Below are positions 22,140-32,565 of a stretch of DNA of 32,565 nucleotides, in pieces. Location of the stretch: positions 1-32,565 of the forward strand of contig JAUCBJ010007170.1 in the NCBI GenBank assembly GCA_032718475.1, read 5' to 3'. The position numbers and the translations under genes were made by a program. The notes under the pieces were generated by a model that was not told where the DNA came from, did not search any database, and saw only the letters and a program-made list of their open reading frames with translations. The DNA is from Nemertoderma westbladi. Taxonomy: Eukaryota; Animalia; Xenacoelomorpha. Each line of letters begins with the position of its first letter. The stretch's first letter is position 1.

Positions 22140-22283
22140 TGTAGTGTAATGATATGTAATGTAATACGGCGCCCGATAAACTTTACATTCATTGTAATCA
22201 TGTGTGTTATTAACACACTTGCAAGTCATTAACTGCTAATAATTAGTGAATCAATCTCTAACGACAATTTACTTGATGTCAAA

Positions 22284-22380
22284 ATGGCAACAGCAAAGGA
22301 ACACGCAGAGGAACTCAACAGACTTAAGAATTCCCGAGGAGGCGTTCGTTCGGCCGCTACCATTCTTGTAGAAAAATTAT
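22284..22380 (+). pseudogene. BEL/Pao gag relic, piece 1 (N-terminus)
   Basis: ATG at 22284 gives MATAKEHAEELNRLKNSRGGVRSAATILVEKL, similar to BEL gag N-termini. It stops at the L2 insertion and continues after 27472. Confidence 0.65.
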
Positions 22381-22675
22381 TAATGATTTAAATGACGCAA
22401 TACTGAGTCTGTATAGGTCGTTATACTATTATATGTATTATATGTATATTATACTGTTATATTATTAAACATACATTTTCGAACTATCTGTACATCTACA
22501 TTATCTACATTATATCTGCTTGATATACTTGCTTGATATATTAGCTTTTATTGATATTCAGATATTGGAAACATCCGGCCAACTTATTTCGGAACTGCAA
22601 TCTCGTTTCAAACCGAACCTCGTTGGATACATCCGGCCAACTTATTTCGGAACTGCAACCTGGTTCCAAACCGGT

Positions 22676-23542
22676 ATGGCCCCAGGCACCAGGAAATCAT
22701 TCCAAAGAACTGAAGAATGGTGTGAACAATCCGTTTTATGCTCTGAATGCAAAGGCATCTGGACTAACATATCGGTCAAAAAACAACTTGTTCCAGACCT
22801 AAAGAAGAGATCATTCCTCTGTGGACTATGTAGCGCAAAGCTGGTCTCATCGCTTCTAGGTGAGTTAACCAACTTACAGGCGAAAGTTACTGAAATAGAC
22901 GAAACGGTCTCAAATCAACCGGAAGTTGCCGAGGTTACACCGACGTCTATACCTACTGTACGCACCTATGCGCATGCCGCATCAACGAACATTGCTTGCC
23001 TTGCTAAGGAGATATCTAGAGAAAATAAACAGCAAGATGAGAAACGAGACAACATAGTTATCTCCGGTATTCATCTTCCAGCATCCACCGATGTGGATGT
23101 AGAAGCCGAGGATAAGAAAATATTCGAGGAGTTAGCCTGCGAGCTTGGGGTTGATGTTTCAACTCTAAACGCTGCCCCGAAAAGAATTGGTAAACCTCAA
23201 CCCACGTCATCCAACAGACAAATCGCCCAACTGCGACCACCGAAATTGGTTGTAAAGCTAAACCCCGAAAAGCGAAGTGAACTTCTTAAAGCAGCACGAA
23301 ACCTTCGGCAATCAGCTCGTTTTAACACTGTTTACATAAATCCAGACCTTACCGTATCGGAGCAGAAATTGCAGTTCGAACTCCGCACTGCTCTCCGTAG
23401 TAAAATAACGGAAGAACCTACAAAGACGTGGCGCATCTCCGGTAACGTTGTCATTGAAGACAAGCGGCAACGAAACAACCCCGGTAATGAAGATAACTCC
23501 ACCACTGAACATCCATTGCAATCCGCACAAGAGATCGATTGA
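22676..23542 (+). CDS. LINE ORF1 protein (Cys-rich PHD-like N-terminus, coiled coil, NIVISG / RIGK / VYINPDLT motifs)
   Basis: First in-frame ATG at 22676 (MAPGTRK). C..C...C..C cluster, then KRDNIVISGI and FNTVYINPDLT, typical of CR1/L2 ORF1. Confidence 0.85.
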   Translation: MAPGTRKSFQRTEEWCEQSVLCSECKGIWTNISVKKQLVPDLKKRSFLCGLCSAKLVSSLLGELTNLQAKVTEIDETVSNQPEVAEVTPTSIPTVRTYAHAASTNIACLAKEISRENKQQDEKRDNIVISGIHLPASTDVDVEAEDKKIFEELACELGVDVSTLNAAPKRIGKPQPTSSNRQIAQLRPPKLVVKLNPEKRSELLKAARNLRQSARFNTVYINPDLTVSEQKLQFELRTALRSKITEEPTKTWRISGNVVIEDKRQRNNPGNEDNSTTEHPLQSAQEID

Positions 23543-26500
23543 ATTGTAGCGTCTTCCGTGCCTGCGCGGACCCCAGTAGCATCGTCCCCCCCTCTGCGGA
23601 CCCCAGTAGCGTTGTCCGCCCCCTTGCGGACCCCGGTAGCATCGTCTGCGCCTCCACGGACCCCGGCAGCATTGTCCGCCCCCGCGCGGACCCCAGTAGC
23701 GTCGCCTGCGCCTCTGCGGACCCCGGTAGCGTCGTCCGCCCCCCTGCGGACCCCGGCTGATACGTCCGCCCCCGCACAGACCCTGGAAGCTTCGCCTGCG
23801 CCTACGCGGACCCCGGTAGCATTGTCCGCCCCCGCACAGACCCCGGTAGCTTCGTCTGCGCCTACTTGGACCCCGGTAGCGTCGTCTGCGCATCCGCCGA
23901 CCCCCGCAGCGTCGTCCGCGCATCTGCGGACCCCGGCAGCGTCGCCCGCCCCCGCGCGGACCCCGGTAGCTTCGTCTGCGCCTCCGCGGACCCCGGCAAC
24001 GTCGTGCGCGCCTCCGAGGAGTTCGCCCAAGGACTGCCGCAATCTATCTACAAATAAATTTATAATTTCGCTAGTTAATGTTCGTTCGGTAAAAAGTAAA
24101 GCTGCTGTGATGATAGAACACATTGTGTCCAGGAACATTGATGTTTGTGCTATAACGGAGACGTGGTTAAACATCGACGACGATGCACATCGTGCTTGTT
24201 CAGTTCCTGATGGGTTTACCATCAACGACTGTCCACGGCTTCGAAACCGCGCTGGTGGTGTTGCCTTAATTTACCGGGATGGCATTGATGTCGTGAAGGT
24301 AAACTCGGGTGAACTCATCTCTTTCGAGTATGCAACTTGGCGAATAACAAACAATGGATACAAGATACTCCTAATATTATTATATCGTCCCCCGTACTCC
24401 GTTGACCATCCCGTAACCACCAGTGTTTTTATGAATGAGTTTCCTAAATTTATTGAAGCAACCTTATCCACACCGGAACGTCTTATTATTGCCGGGGACT
24501 TCAACATTCATGTTGATAACAAGGAAGACTACTACGGTACCCGATTTCTCGACATTATTGAAAGTTTAGGTTTAATTCAACACGTTGATGCACCTACACA
24601 CGAATCTGGCCATACATTGGATTTAATCATTACCAGGAACTGCAATGACATTGATATTTACATTCCCTCGCCATCACCATACATATCTGACCATGCATTT
24701 GTCGATTGTTTTTTAAACATTGCTAAACCAATAGTCCCTAACACAACTGTAACTTACCGAAATCTAAAGAACCTCAATGTTGAAACACTCAACAATGCTA
24801 TTGTTGGCTCATCATTATGTGCTGCCAGTTTCAACAATCTTGATCTTCAGTCCCAAGCGCTACAATACAACCAAACTTTGTCATCTTTAATGGATAAACT
24901 CGCTCCCATGAAATCCCTCTCCATAAAACCCCGCGACGGCCTTCAATGGTTTAACTCAGAGGTGAGAGAATTGAAGAAAGCACGGCGACGGGCTGAAAGG
25001 AAATGGCAGACAACGGGTACACCCAGTGATAAACTTGCTTTCAAGAATATTCGCAACCTTTACTGTCATAAGTTAACTACTGCGCGAGAAACTTTCTATC
25101 GTGGGATGGTAAATGACTGTGCTGGCGATCAGAAGAAACTTTTCAGTCTGATAAAATCCCTCAGTAAGCTGAAGCAACCTGTAAAGTTCCCTGATCCAAC
25201 CTCGTCCCTCGAGCTCGCTAATAAATTCGTTGATTTCTTTAGTTCCAAAGTGCAACTTATCAGAGATGATCTTGATGAACTGTGTCCAGATCCTGTACCA
25301 CCGGATTACGAATTCGAATACGTGTGTCCTGGAACTCTCAGTTCATTCCAGATCCTATCAGACGATGACGTTTGTAAACTGATAAACGATTCCCCCAACA
25401 AATCCTGCCCTTCTGATCCTATTCCTACAGCACTGCTTAAGAAGTGTCTACCTGCATTAATCAAACCTATCGCTGAAATGATTAACACATCTCTTCAAAC
25501 TGGTTTCGTTCCACCTATTTGGAAATCGGCTATAGTTACCCCCTTAGTAAAGAAACCCAAACTAGACTTCTTGGTATTAAATAACAATCGCCCAATCAGC
25601 GGCCTGCCATTCGTTTCCAAGGTTACAGAACGAGCAGTCCTCTCTCAAGTTAACCTACACTCTAAGTCTCATAGCCATCAACACAACCTCCAATCAGCTT
25701 ACCGCCCTGATCACAGCACAGAAACAGCCCTTCTAAAGGTTCAATCCGACATTTTAAAAAACATGGACAACCAATCGGTAACACTTTTAGTACTACTGGA
25801 CCTAAGTGCAGCTTTTGACACCGTTGACCATACAAGATTACTTAACCTATTAAACTCGAAATGTGGTATCTGTGGTAAATGCTATGATTGGTTCAAATCG
25901 TTCCTATCCGGACGCACGCAACGAGTTTCTTTTAATGGTGCTCTATCCGATTCAAAAGACTTGGGTTTCGGCTTCCCTCAGGGTTCATGTTCCGCGTGTT
26001 ATTTATTTTCTAATTACGCTAGTCCAATATTCGAAGTTGTCGAACGCCACCTGCCGGTCGCTGCGCACGGTTTCGCTGACGATCACCAGATGTACAAAGC
26101 CTTCCAGCCAATAACGGGGTGCGATGAACAGTCGGCCCTCAATGCAATGACTGATTGTATCAATGACATTCGGAACTGGATGTTAGTAAACAAATTAAAA
26201 CTTAATGACGACAAAACCGAATTCATAATTATTGGTACACGTGCTCAACTCTCCAAAATAAATATAACATCCATTAACGTCGGTACCTTTACAATAAACC
26301 GTGCGGACTCGGTGAAGAATCTCGGAGCCTGGTTTGACTCTCATATGACTATGGGGAAATTCATAAACAAAACCTGCAGCGCCGCGTTTTATCATCTTCA
26401 TAATATTCGATCAATTCGGCGGTTCCTCGATACTAAATCCGCCAACACTATTGTCCACGCTCTCATAACCAGTCGATTGGACTATTGCAACAGTTTACTT

Positions 26501-26929
26501 TATAACGCTGCTGGTTACCAACTTCATAAACTTCAGCGAGTCCAGAACGCCGCTGCTCGCCTAATAAGGTCAGTGGCAAAATTCGACCATATTACACCGA
26601 CCCTACGAGAGTTACACTGGTTACCAGTCAAGCTACGCATCGCATATAAAATTATCTTACTAACTTTCAAAGCCCTCCATAACCGAGCGCCGGTCTACAT
26701 AACGGAAATGATCACGCTGCAGCACCACGAGCACCACACTACGCGTAGTACCGCTGCCCCCACACTCGTCGTACCGCGCACCAAATGCTCCACTTCTGGC
26801 GGTCGAGCCTTCCACTCCGCCTCCCCGACACTATGGAACCAACTGCCTGCCGAACTTAGAAACGTCAGCGAGATCGAACTGTTTAAAACTAAATTAAAAA
26901 CCCATCTTTTTAGATCTGCCTACCATTAA
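23543..26929 (+). CDS. L2-group ORF2: apurinic-like endonuclease + reverse transcriptase, uninterrupted, with no AUG before the endonuclease
   Basis: EN motifs NVRS, ITETWL, GGVA, YRPP, GDFNIH, HTLDL and SDH. RT motifs QSAYR..HSTETAL, LLDLSAAFDTVDH, PQGS and FADD. The C-terminal SRLDYCNSL, LQRVQNAAARL and HITP.L..LHWLP are characteristic of the L2 group. Confidence 0.95.
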   Translation: MVASSVPARTPVASSPPLRTPVALSAPLRTPVASSAPPRTPAALSAPARTPVASPAPLRTPVASSAPLRTPADTSAPAQTLEASPAPTRTPVALSAPAQTPVASSAPTWTPVASSAHPPTPAASSAHLRTPAASPAPARTPVASSAPPRTPATSCAPPRSSPKDCRNLSTNKFIISLVNVRSVKSKAAVMIEHIVSRNIDVCAITETWLNIDDDAHRACSVPDGFTINDCPRLRNRAGGVALIYRDGIDVVKVNSGELISFEYATWRITNNGYKILLILLYRPPYSVDHPVTTSVFMNEFPKFIEATLSTPERLIIAGDFNIHVDNKEDYYGTRFLDIIESLGLIQHVDAPTHESGHTLDLIITRNCNDIDIYIPSPSPYISDHAFVDCFLNIAKPIVPNTTVTYRNLKNLNVETLNNAIVGSSLCAASFNNLDLQSQALQYNQTLSSLMDKLAPMKSLSIKPRDGLQWFNSEVRELKKARRRAERKWQTTGTPSDKLAFKNIRNLYCHKLTTARETFYRGMVNDCAGDQKKLFSLIKSLSKLKQPVKFPDPTSSLELANKFVDFFSSKVQLIRDDLDELCPDPVPPDYEFEYVCPGTLSSFQILSDDDVCKLINDSPNKSCPSDPIPTALLKKCLPALIKPIAEMINTSLQTGFVPPIWKSAIVTPLVKKPKLDFLVLNNNRPISGLPFVSKVTERAVLSQVNLHSKSHSHQHNLQSAYRPDHSTETALLKVQSDILKNMDNQSVTLLVLLDLSAAFDTVDHTRLLNLLNSKCGICGKCYDWFKSFLSGRTQRVSFNGALSDSKDLGFGFPQGSCSACYLFSNYASPIFEVVERHLPVAAHGFADDHQMYKAFQPITGCDEQSALNAMTDCINDIRNWMLVNKLKLNDDKTEFIIIGTRAQLSKINITSINVGTFTINRADSVKNLGAWFDSHMTMGKFINKTCSAAFYHLHNIRSIRRFLDTKSANTIVHALITSRLDYCNSLLYNAAGYQLHKLQRVQNAAARLIRSVAKFDHITPTLRELHWLPVKLRIAYKIILLTFKALHNRAPVYITEMITLQHHEHHTTRSTAAPTLVVPRTKCSTSGGRAFHSASPTLWNQLPAELRNVSEIELFKTKLKTHLFRSAYH
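23565..24015 (+). repeat. GC-rich 30-bp coding repeat (~15 copies, RTPVASSAP[L/A/P]) with 60-bp dimer periodicity
   Basis: cggaccccggtagc(g/a/t)tcgtc(c/t)gc(c/g)cc repeated in tandem, in frame with ORF2. Confidence 0.92.
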
Positions 26930-27472
26930 ATATCTCCTACTTTTTAAATTTTATTACAGTATGATCATTTGTATTACTTTATTATTTTTATCGTACATTT
27001 TAACTATACTAGACACCGTTTAACATTGACTCTATATTTTATATCATATATGTTCCAAACTGAACTTGAAGTATTTTATTAATATGTAATATGTGCTTGT
27101 AATTTCATAATTTTATTTTACACCCTATGTTTTTTGAGTTTGGTACACCTTATGATACAACTGTATGTCTGTCCTGTATATGTTTTATCAATTTCTATTT
27201 TTATTTATGAACCATTCGCTCTATATTTTTAAGCCCTAAGTAATACGTTTTAATATGCATATTTTTTAATCTACTTATAATTTTACTTATTTTTTATATA
27301 TTACTACTTGTACTAAACTTACTTACTTATTTAATATGTTCCGTTTTTACGCACCACACATTGTATCTATACCGGTTTGTCTCGAGCTCTTGCAAATCTC
27401 AGCGCCTTAGAGTACGCCACAATTGTAATTTTGGCGCTTTACAAATATATTTATTATTATTATTATTATTAT

Positions 27473-28408
27473 AAAACATCGATAACATAAACGAAATGGA
27501 CATAACTACAGTAAGAAGTAAAATCGCAACGATCGAAGGGTACAGGGAAAGGCTCGCAACTCTAAACGAAGGGATACTCCAAAGGCGGTGGAATATGAGG
27601 TAACGTTATCTGATCTGTTATCTAAACTGAAACTTCATTTAGAACACATAACTGTATCTACTGTAGGTGTAGGTAGGTTACCGGTATCTAACAATACTGT
27701 AGGGATTTCAGGTGCTAGTGTAGTCACAACCGCTCACCCAAACCCTTTTGAAACTAACAGCTATTTTGCCAGATTGGTTTTACCAAAACTTCAACCTCCT
27801 ACATGTAACGGTAATCCCTTAGAGTACTGTGGCTGGCGGGATTCATTCCTTTCAGCCATACATGACCCAGGATTACCAGACGTGCTTACTGTAAGTTCCA
27901 GCATCTTATACAAAGTTTCAGTGGCCCCGCCAAAGCGATAGTTACCGGCCTAACTGTGACTGGTGACAATTATGCAATAGCATTTTATATCTTAAAGGAA
28001 CAATACGGCAATAAAGGACGAATAATTGGTTGCCACATAGAGGAACTGCGTAATATTACAGACAAACTTGGAAAAACAGCATCATTGCGGAAAATATACG
28101 ATTCGTGTAGAGCAAATGGTACTCATGGCGCATATGTGTGTGACGCCTATGGAATAGGCATATCAATTGATTGTTATTCCAGACATTTTACGTGCATTGC
28201 CTTTAGAGTTAGCAAAACGGTTGCTTCGTCTAAATAATAATGACATTAATGACCTTCAGTGGCTAGTTGACTAAATTAAGGTTCAATTAGACACTGAAGA
28301 AGCCATTGTAGAACTTACTAAAGGTCACACTCCATTTCATAATGTAGAATCGCAAAGTCAGAAACCAACACTACCGTCAGCTTCGACGTTCATTGTAGAT
28401 AACTAAAA
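27473..28408 (+). pseudogene. BEL/Pao gag relic, piece 2 (DUF1759-like capsid region), frameshifted
   Basis: LPKLQPPTCNGNPLEYCGWRDSFLSAIHD..L.DV, then KFQHL..SFSGPAKAIVTGLTVTGDNYAIAFYILKEQYGN, matching the BEL gag pattern LPK..LP.F.G....W..F.D.F...IH / NY..A...L..RYG. Confidence 0.88.
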
Positions 28409-30351
28409 TTGTAATGTTAATATCTCTAATGTAATTTTCACCCCTGATATTGTATTTTCTGTGCTTCGCAAACTTGAATCTAAACAAGGCGCAACCCCTG
28501 ATGGGTTTCCTAGTTATATTTTTGCGAAATTACCGCGTTGTTTATCTGTACCGCTATCGATTTTATTTACATTGTCTTTTGAAACTCATTCTCTGCCATC
28601 TATTTGGCTCACTGCGAACATTCTTCCATTATATAAAAAGGGCAATCACACCGACCCCCACAATTACAGGCCTATCTCACTAACCTGCGTAACTTGTAAA
28701 GTAATGGAATTATGTATCAAAGATGTAGTTTTAAATTATTTACGTCACCACAATTTAATAACTAAGATGCAACATGGGTTCATGAAACGTAGAAGTACTT
28801 GCACACAGCTTCTTGAATGTACACATGATTGGTTTAAATTACTAGATAAACATAATTCTGTAAACGTAATTTATATAGATTTCGCTAAAGCGTTTGATTC
28901 TGTGGTGCATTCTAAATTATTAATTAAATTATCTAGCTATGGCATTTCAGGGAAATTACTATTATGGATTGGTGCATTTTTATCTGATCGTACACAAACT
29001 GTTATAGTAGGTAATGCTATTTCTGTTGTTACTAAAGTCACTTCTGGAACAGTACAGGGAAGTGTCTTAGGTCCGCTATTGTTTTTATTGTACGTAAATG
29101 ACTTACCTGATGCACTCTTTAGTCCTACAAATGACGTTAGTTGTAAATTATTTGCTGATGACCTCAAACTGTACAGTAAAGCTTCAGCCAGCAAATCGTT
29201 GGCAGATGCCCTCACAGCACTCGAAACCTGGGCTAGTGAATGGCAAGTTAAAATTGCCACTCATAAATGTTCAGTGTTGAACATTTCCACATCAGTTAAT
29301 AATTTATCCCAGGATAAATTCGTCCTGTATGGTAAAGCCCTGTCGCTAGATAAATCTTGTAGGGACCTTGGTGTCTCTATAAGTAGCAATCTAAAATTTG
29401 ACCTCCACTACCGTGAGCAGGTCCAAAAGGCTTTTCGTATTGTTAATATGATATTTAAGTGCTTTTACACTAGCAATCTCAATGCGTTACTAACAGCGTA
29501 CACATCTTATGTTCGACCCATATTGGAGTACTGTACACCAGTTTGTTCGCCTTTTAATTTGGGGTCAATAGATCTTATTGAAAGAGTCCAAAGATAGTTT
29601 ACCCGTCGTTTGTATGTTCGTTGTAAATTTGATCGTGCTGACTACTTAGATCGACTCCTACGTTTAAAACTACAGCCGCTAGAAGTCCGCAGACATATCT
29701 TTGATCTAAGGCTGGTGTATATGATTTATAACAAACTTGTTGATTTAAATTTTGATGACTTCTTTCATATATCAGTTAGAAATAATAATAGGGGCCATTC
29801 CATTAAACTTTACAAGTCCTTTTCCAGACTTCAGATAACTAAAGAATCGTTCTCAAATCGTGCAGTAGATATTTGGAATGGCCTGCCGCAAGATGTCGTT
29901 AGTGCATCCAATATTAATATTTTTAAAGATAAAATAAAAGAAGTTGACCTGTTACCTTATTGTAATTTTAATAGATTTATAGATTGAAATTTCTATGCTT
30001 ATTTTATTTTTTTTCTGATAACTGATAACTTTTGATCCACTAAGAAACATATCATATGTTGTATTTTATTCTTTTTATTTTTTTCCTTTTATGAACGTTT
30101 TTTATTTAATACTTTCACCCCATTGACATACAGTACGTGTTTATAATCTATGTTCCCCGTTTTGTAATTTCTGTCGTAACTTAATAACAACATTATTGCA
30201 TTATTGATTTATTTGACGTTTTATGTATGTAACCACCTATAAGCGTAACAGTAGCATTTACGCGAATTGTACCTTGGTGGTGTTTCCCCCTTTAATTTTA
30301 ATTTTAATTAATGTTAATATTAAATGAGTGTTGTAATAATAATAAAAAAAA
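28409..30351 (+). mobile_element. 5'-truncated CR1-clade LINE
   Basis: RT motifs PDG, PLYKKG, NYRPISLT, QHGF, YIDFAKAFDSV.H, QGSVLGPLLF, LFADD, YVRPILEYC, ERVQR, RGH..KL and FSNR...WN.LP. AT-rich 3' UTR ending (TAA)n-A8. Imperfect TSD GAT(TC)AACTAAAA at 28398-28408 and 30352-30364. Confidence 0.92.
28461..29987 (+). pseudogene. CR1 reverse transcriptase ORF with one premature stop
   Basis: ORFs 28461-29597 and 29610-29987 share a frame, separated by TAG at 29595-29597 (ERVQR*FTRRL). Confidence 0.9.
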
Positions 30352-30839
30352 GATTCAACTAAAAATAAGAATCGACCTTACAACGGAAATAGTACCATAC
30401 AAAATCACAATGGTGGGTTTAAATCAGCTGCGTTTGGTAATAGTAAATTTCAATCAAATGCTCCAAGTACATTTCAATCATCAGGGAAAACAGATACATT
30501 CATCCCACGGTGCGTTTTTTGCAGACAGAGTCATTTTTCGGCAAATTGTCATCCAACTATGAAGGTCGCAAGGATTTTCTCAAACTTAATAATCATTGCT
30601 TTTCCTGTTTAGGAAAAGGTCATGAGGTGCATGCATGCAGAAGGCGCAAACCTTGTTATCATTGCAGAAGCATAGGGCATCACACTGCAATTTGCAGAAT
30701 TACAAAACCGCAAAACCCAATACAACCAACCCCAAGGCAAACAACAAAATGTTCCACAAGTCGTCGAAAAAAAGGAAAGCATTGCAAGTCAACATTCATC
30801 ACATACAGCATCATTCTCATCGGTAATATTTATTTGTCC
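30352..30839 (+). pseudogene. BEL/Pao gag relic, piece 3 (three zinc knuckles)
   Basis: CVF(C)RQSHFSANC (frameshifted), CFSCLGKGHEVHAC and CYHCRSIGHHTAIC; this triple-knuckle arrangement is typical of BEL/Pao gag. Confidence 0.88.
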
Positions 30840-30958
30840 TAACTGGTACTCATTTTATCGACCCCCAGTGGATGAAAGGCTGAATGGACCCTGTAGGGGC
30901 TGAACCTTCAACCAATAGATCGCAGATCCGGCGCTCAACCACCTGAGCTATTACCCCA
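30840..30958 (-). mobile_element. Second, 3'-truncated copy of the tRNA/Nin-like SINE
   Basis: Closely matches 22016-22133 (taactggtactcattttatcgacccc(c)agtggatgaaaggctga...gcgctcaacca.ctgagcta) but lacks the 3' tail. Confidence 0.88.
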
Positions 30959-32565
30959 CTGTTGTGTAGTGTAGTACAGCATAATAAATATTGAATGTAA
31001 TTTAGTGCATTTAGCATTTAGTGACGCGTAGAACGATGTACTGTATAATACATAATATAGTAATTTATTAGTATGTAGCTTTTTATTGTATTTGTAGCTT
31101 TTTATTGTAGCCCATTGTGTTAGTATTATAAACTGTACGAACTTACAAGATAATCCCAATTTGCAAATTGTTTGTCAACCAATTTTTGCCTTCGTCTAGC
31201 TTCCCAATGCAATGAAGACATTATGAATTAACAATAGGCCTAATATTATACTGTTTCGTGAAAATATTTATAAGACAGTGTGTAAACAGAAAAGATAATG
31301 TGGACATGGAATGTTTGTTGAACTTTAGAACTTTACAGTATACAATATGTCCTGGAATACACAGTAAGTGTGTTTATTCAGGTAGGTTATACCTGCCCCC
31401 CCCCCCCCCAAAAAAAAAAATATTTATTAATCTCAATGAGAATACATAAAATTTGAAATATATAGTTTCTCATCCCTCCTCCTCCATGAATTTGTATTTT
31501 TTCTTTCAATCGTTTTGGAAAAAAGTGCATAAATTTTTTTTCAGTTCCCTGAATAACGATACATTTTTCCAGGACATGGTGTACACTGTACAGTACTGTT
31601 CGGCCTAGTTGTGATTCAAATTTCAAGCAATATGATGAAGATTTGTAGAAAAAAATGGGGGGGGGGGGGGGGGGGGGGTCCGGTGTCATTGGAAAATGAT
31701 GTATATTTAATAATTCCGTAGGTGTAACGCATACGGTAACGTGTATATCATTAGTAATAATGTTTTATATATCATAAACATAAATCTCATAAACAATCAA
31801 TTAAAATGTTAACGTTATAATTTATAAATTGATTGAAAATTTAATAATATTTAATTTATTCTATTAAAAAATATATTTATTTTTCTAATTACTATTAAAT
31901 GTACCAAATGTTTTTTTTAATCCAGCAATGCCAACTGAAACTGAATCAGTAGGCCTACCGCCTATCAGGTTTAGTTCAAAAGGACTTTAAAAAAAAGTTA
32001 ATAACGTTTAACTGATATATTTGGAGAAACACTCCATATCCCCTACAACAAAAGACTATCAATTCCCACCAAAGTACCAACCCACAGTACCTTCTGCACA
32101 GTGCAATGTAGTGTTATGTAATTAAGCAGTTCATATCGCGCTATTAATCTGGAACTTATTGACAGATCTTGGCGCAGTTATATAAATTCTTCCACCAATG
32201 AAGTGTTTATTCAACGTCGTCGTATCAGTTACATATCATTAACTGGCTCCGTTGGAAATTATATGAACAAAACTCAATATGGAGACATAAATTGCGCTTT
32301 TATGCCCCAGTGCCCGTTTTTCATACAGTAATTATTACTGTAATAAAAGGTCTGGACTATAATTAATCCCCCTAAAGAAACCTTTGAGAAACCCAGATTC
32401 TTACAGTACGTAATGGTTGCTATAACTACGCTACATTAAGATGTAATCATGAATTCATATTATTATTGATGTAGATTATGTAAATATAGCCATAAGGTTG
32501 GTACTGTAACTGTAAATGCGATTTATTCTGGCGTTAAAGATACTACTGTATTGTATAGACAGGTG

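Larger units (their letters stand above)
22381..27472 (+). mobile_element. Apparently full-length L2-group LINE (~5.1 kb)
   Basis: 5' UTR containing a duplicated 30-bp motif, then ORF1 and an intact EN-RT ORF2, an AT-rich 3' UTR, a terminal AGCGCC...GGCGCT stem-loop (~27401-27438) and a (TAT)n tail ending at 27472. Confidence 0.92.

Noticed and set aside
22166-22178. Primer-binding site (CGGCGCCCGA) for the BEL element
   Set aside because: The position upstream of gag is plausible, but it lacks the TGG start and no LTR pair can be identified.
23312-24225. Antisense ORFs (Arg/Gly-rich, 108-297 aa)
   Set aside because: These are shadows of the GC-rich 30-bp repeat within the L2.
30960-32565. 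Short ORFs in the right-hand AT-rich region
   Set aside because: Low complexity, driven by homopolymer runs, with no recognisable motifs.

Overview
Eukaryotic, most likely invertebrate animal, genomic DNA dominated by repeats, with one host gene. From left to right: a 14-bp minisatellite (1-263) abuts a ~7.9-kb array of a 51-bp satellite with higher-order structure (266-8180). A minus-strand Penelope-like retroelement (RT + GIY-YIG, ~10460-14065) carries a variant minimal hammerhead ribozyme in its 3' end, an in-frame ~315-aa Thr/Pro-rich repeat insertion inside the RT palm, and an inverted 5' segment. Next come a 16-bp hairpin minisatellite, an intronless COQ4 gene (14747-15580), a piggyBac-like non-autonomous element, a 5'-truncated RTE-group LINE with a 13-bp TSD, and tRNA-derived SINEs. 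A BEL/Pao gag relic is split into three pieces by an apparently full-length L2-group LINE and a 5'-truncated CR1 LINE. ORF1 and ORF2 of the L2 element are in the same frame, separated by a single TGA, with no AUG for ORF2. The long ORFs in 473-8266 are satellite artefacts. The best novelty candidates are the Penelope RT insertion plus ribozyme and the probable readthrough-translated L2. All calls are from manual reading; no database searches were run.
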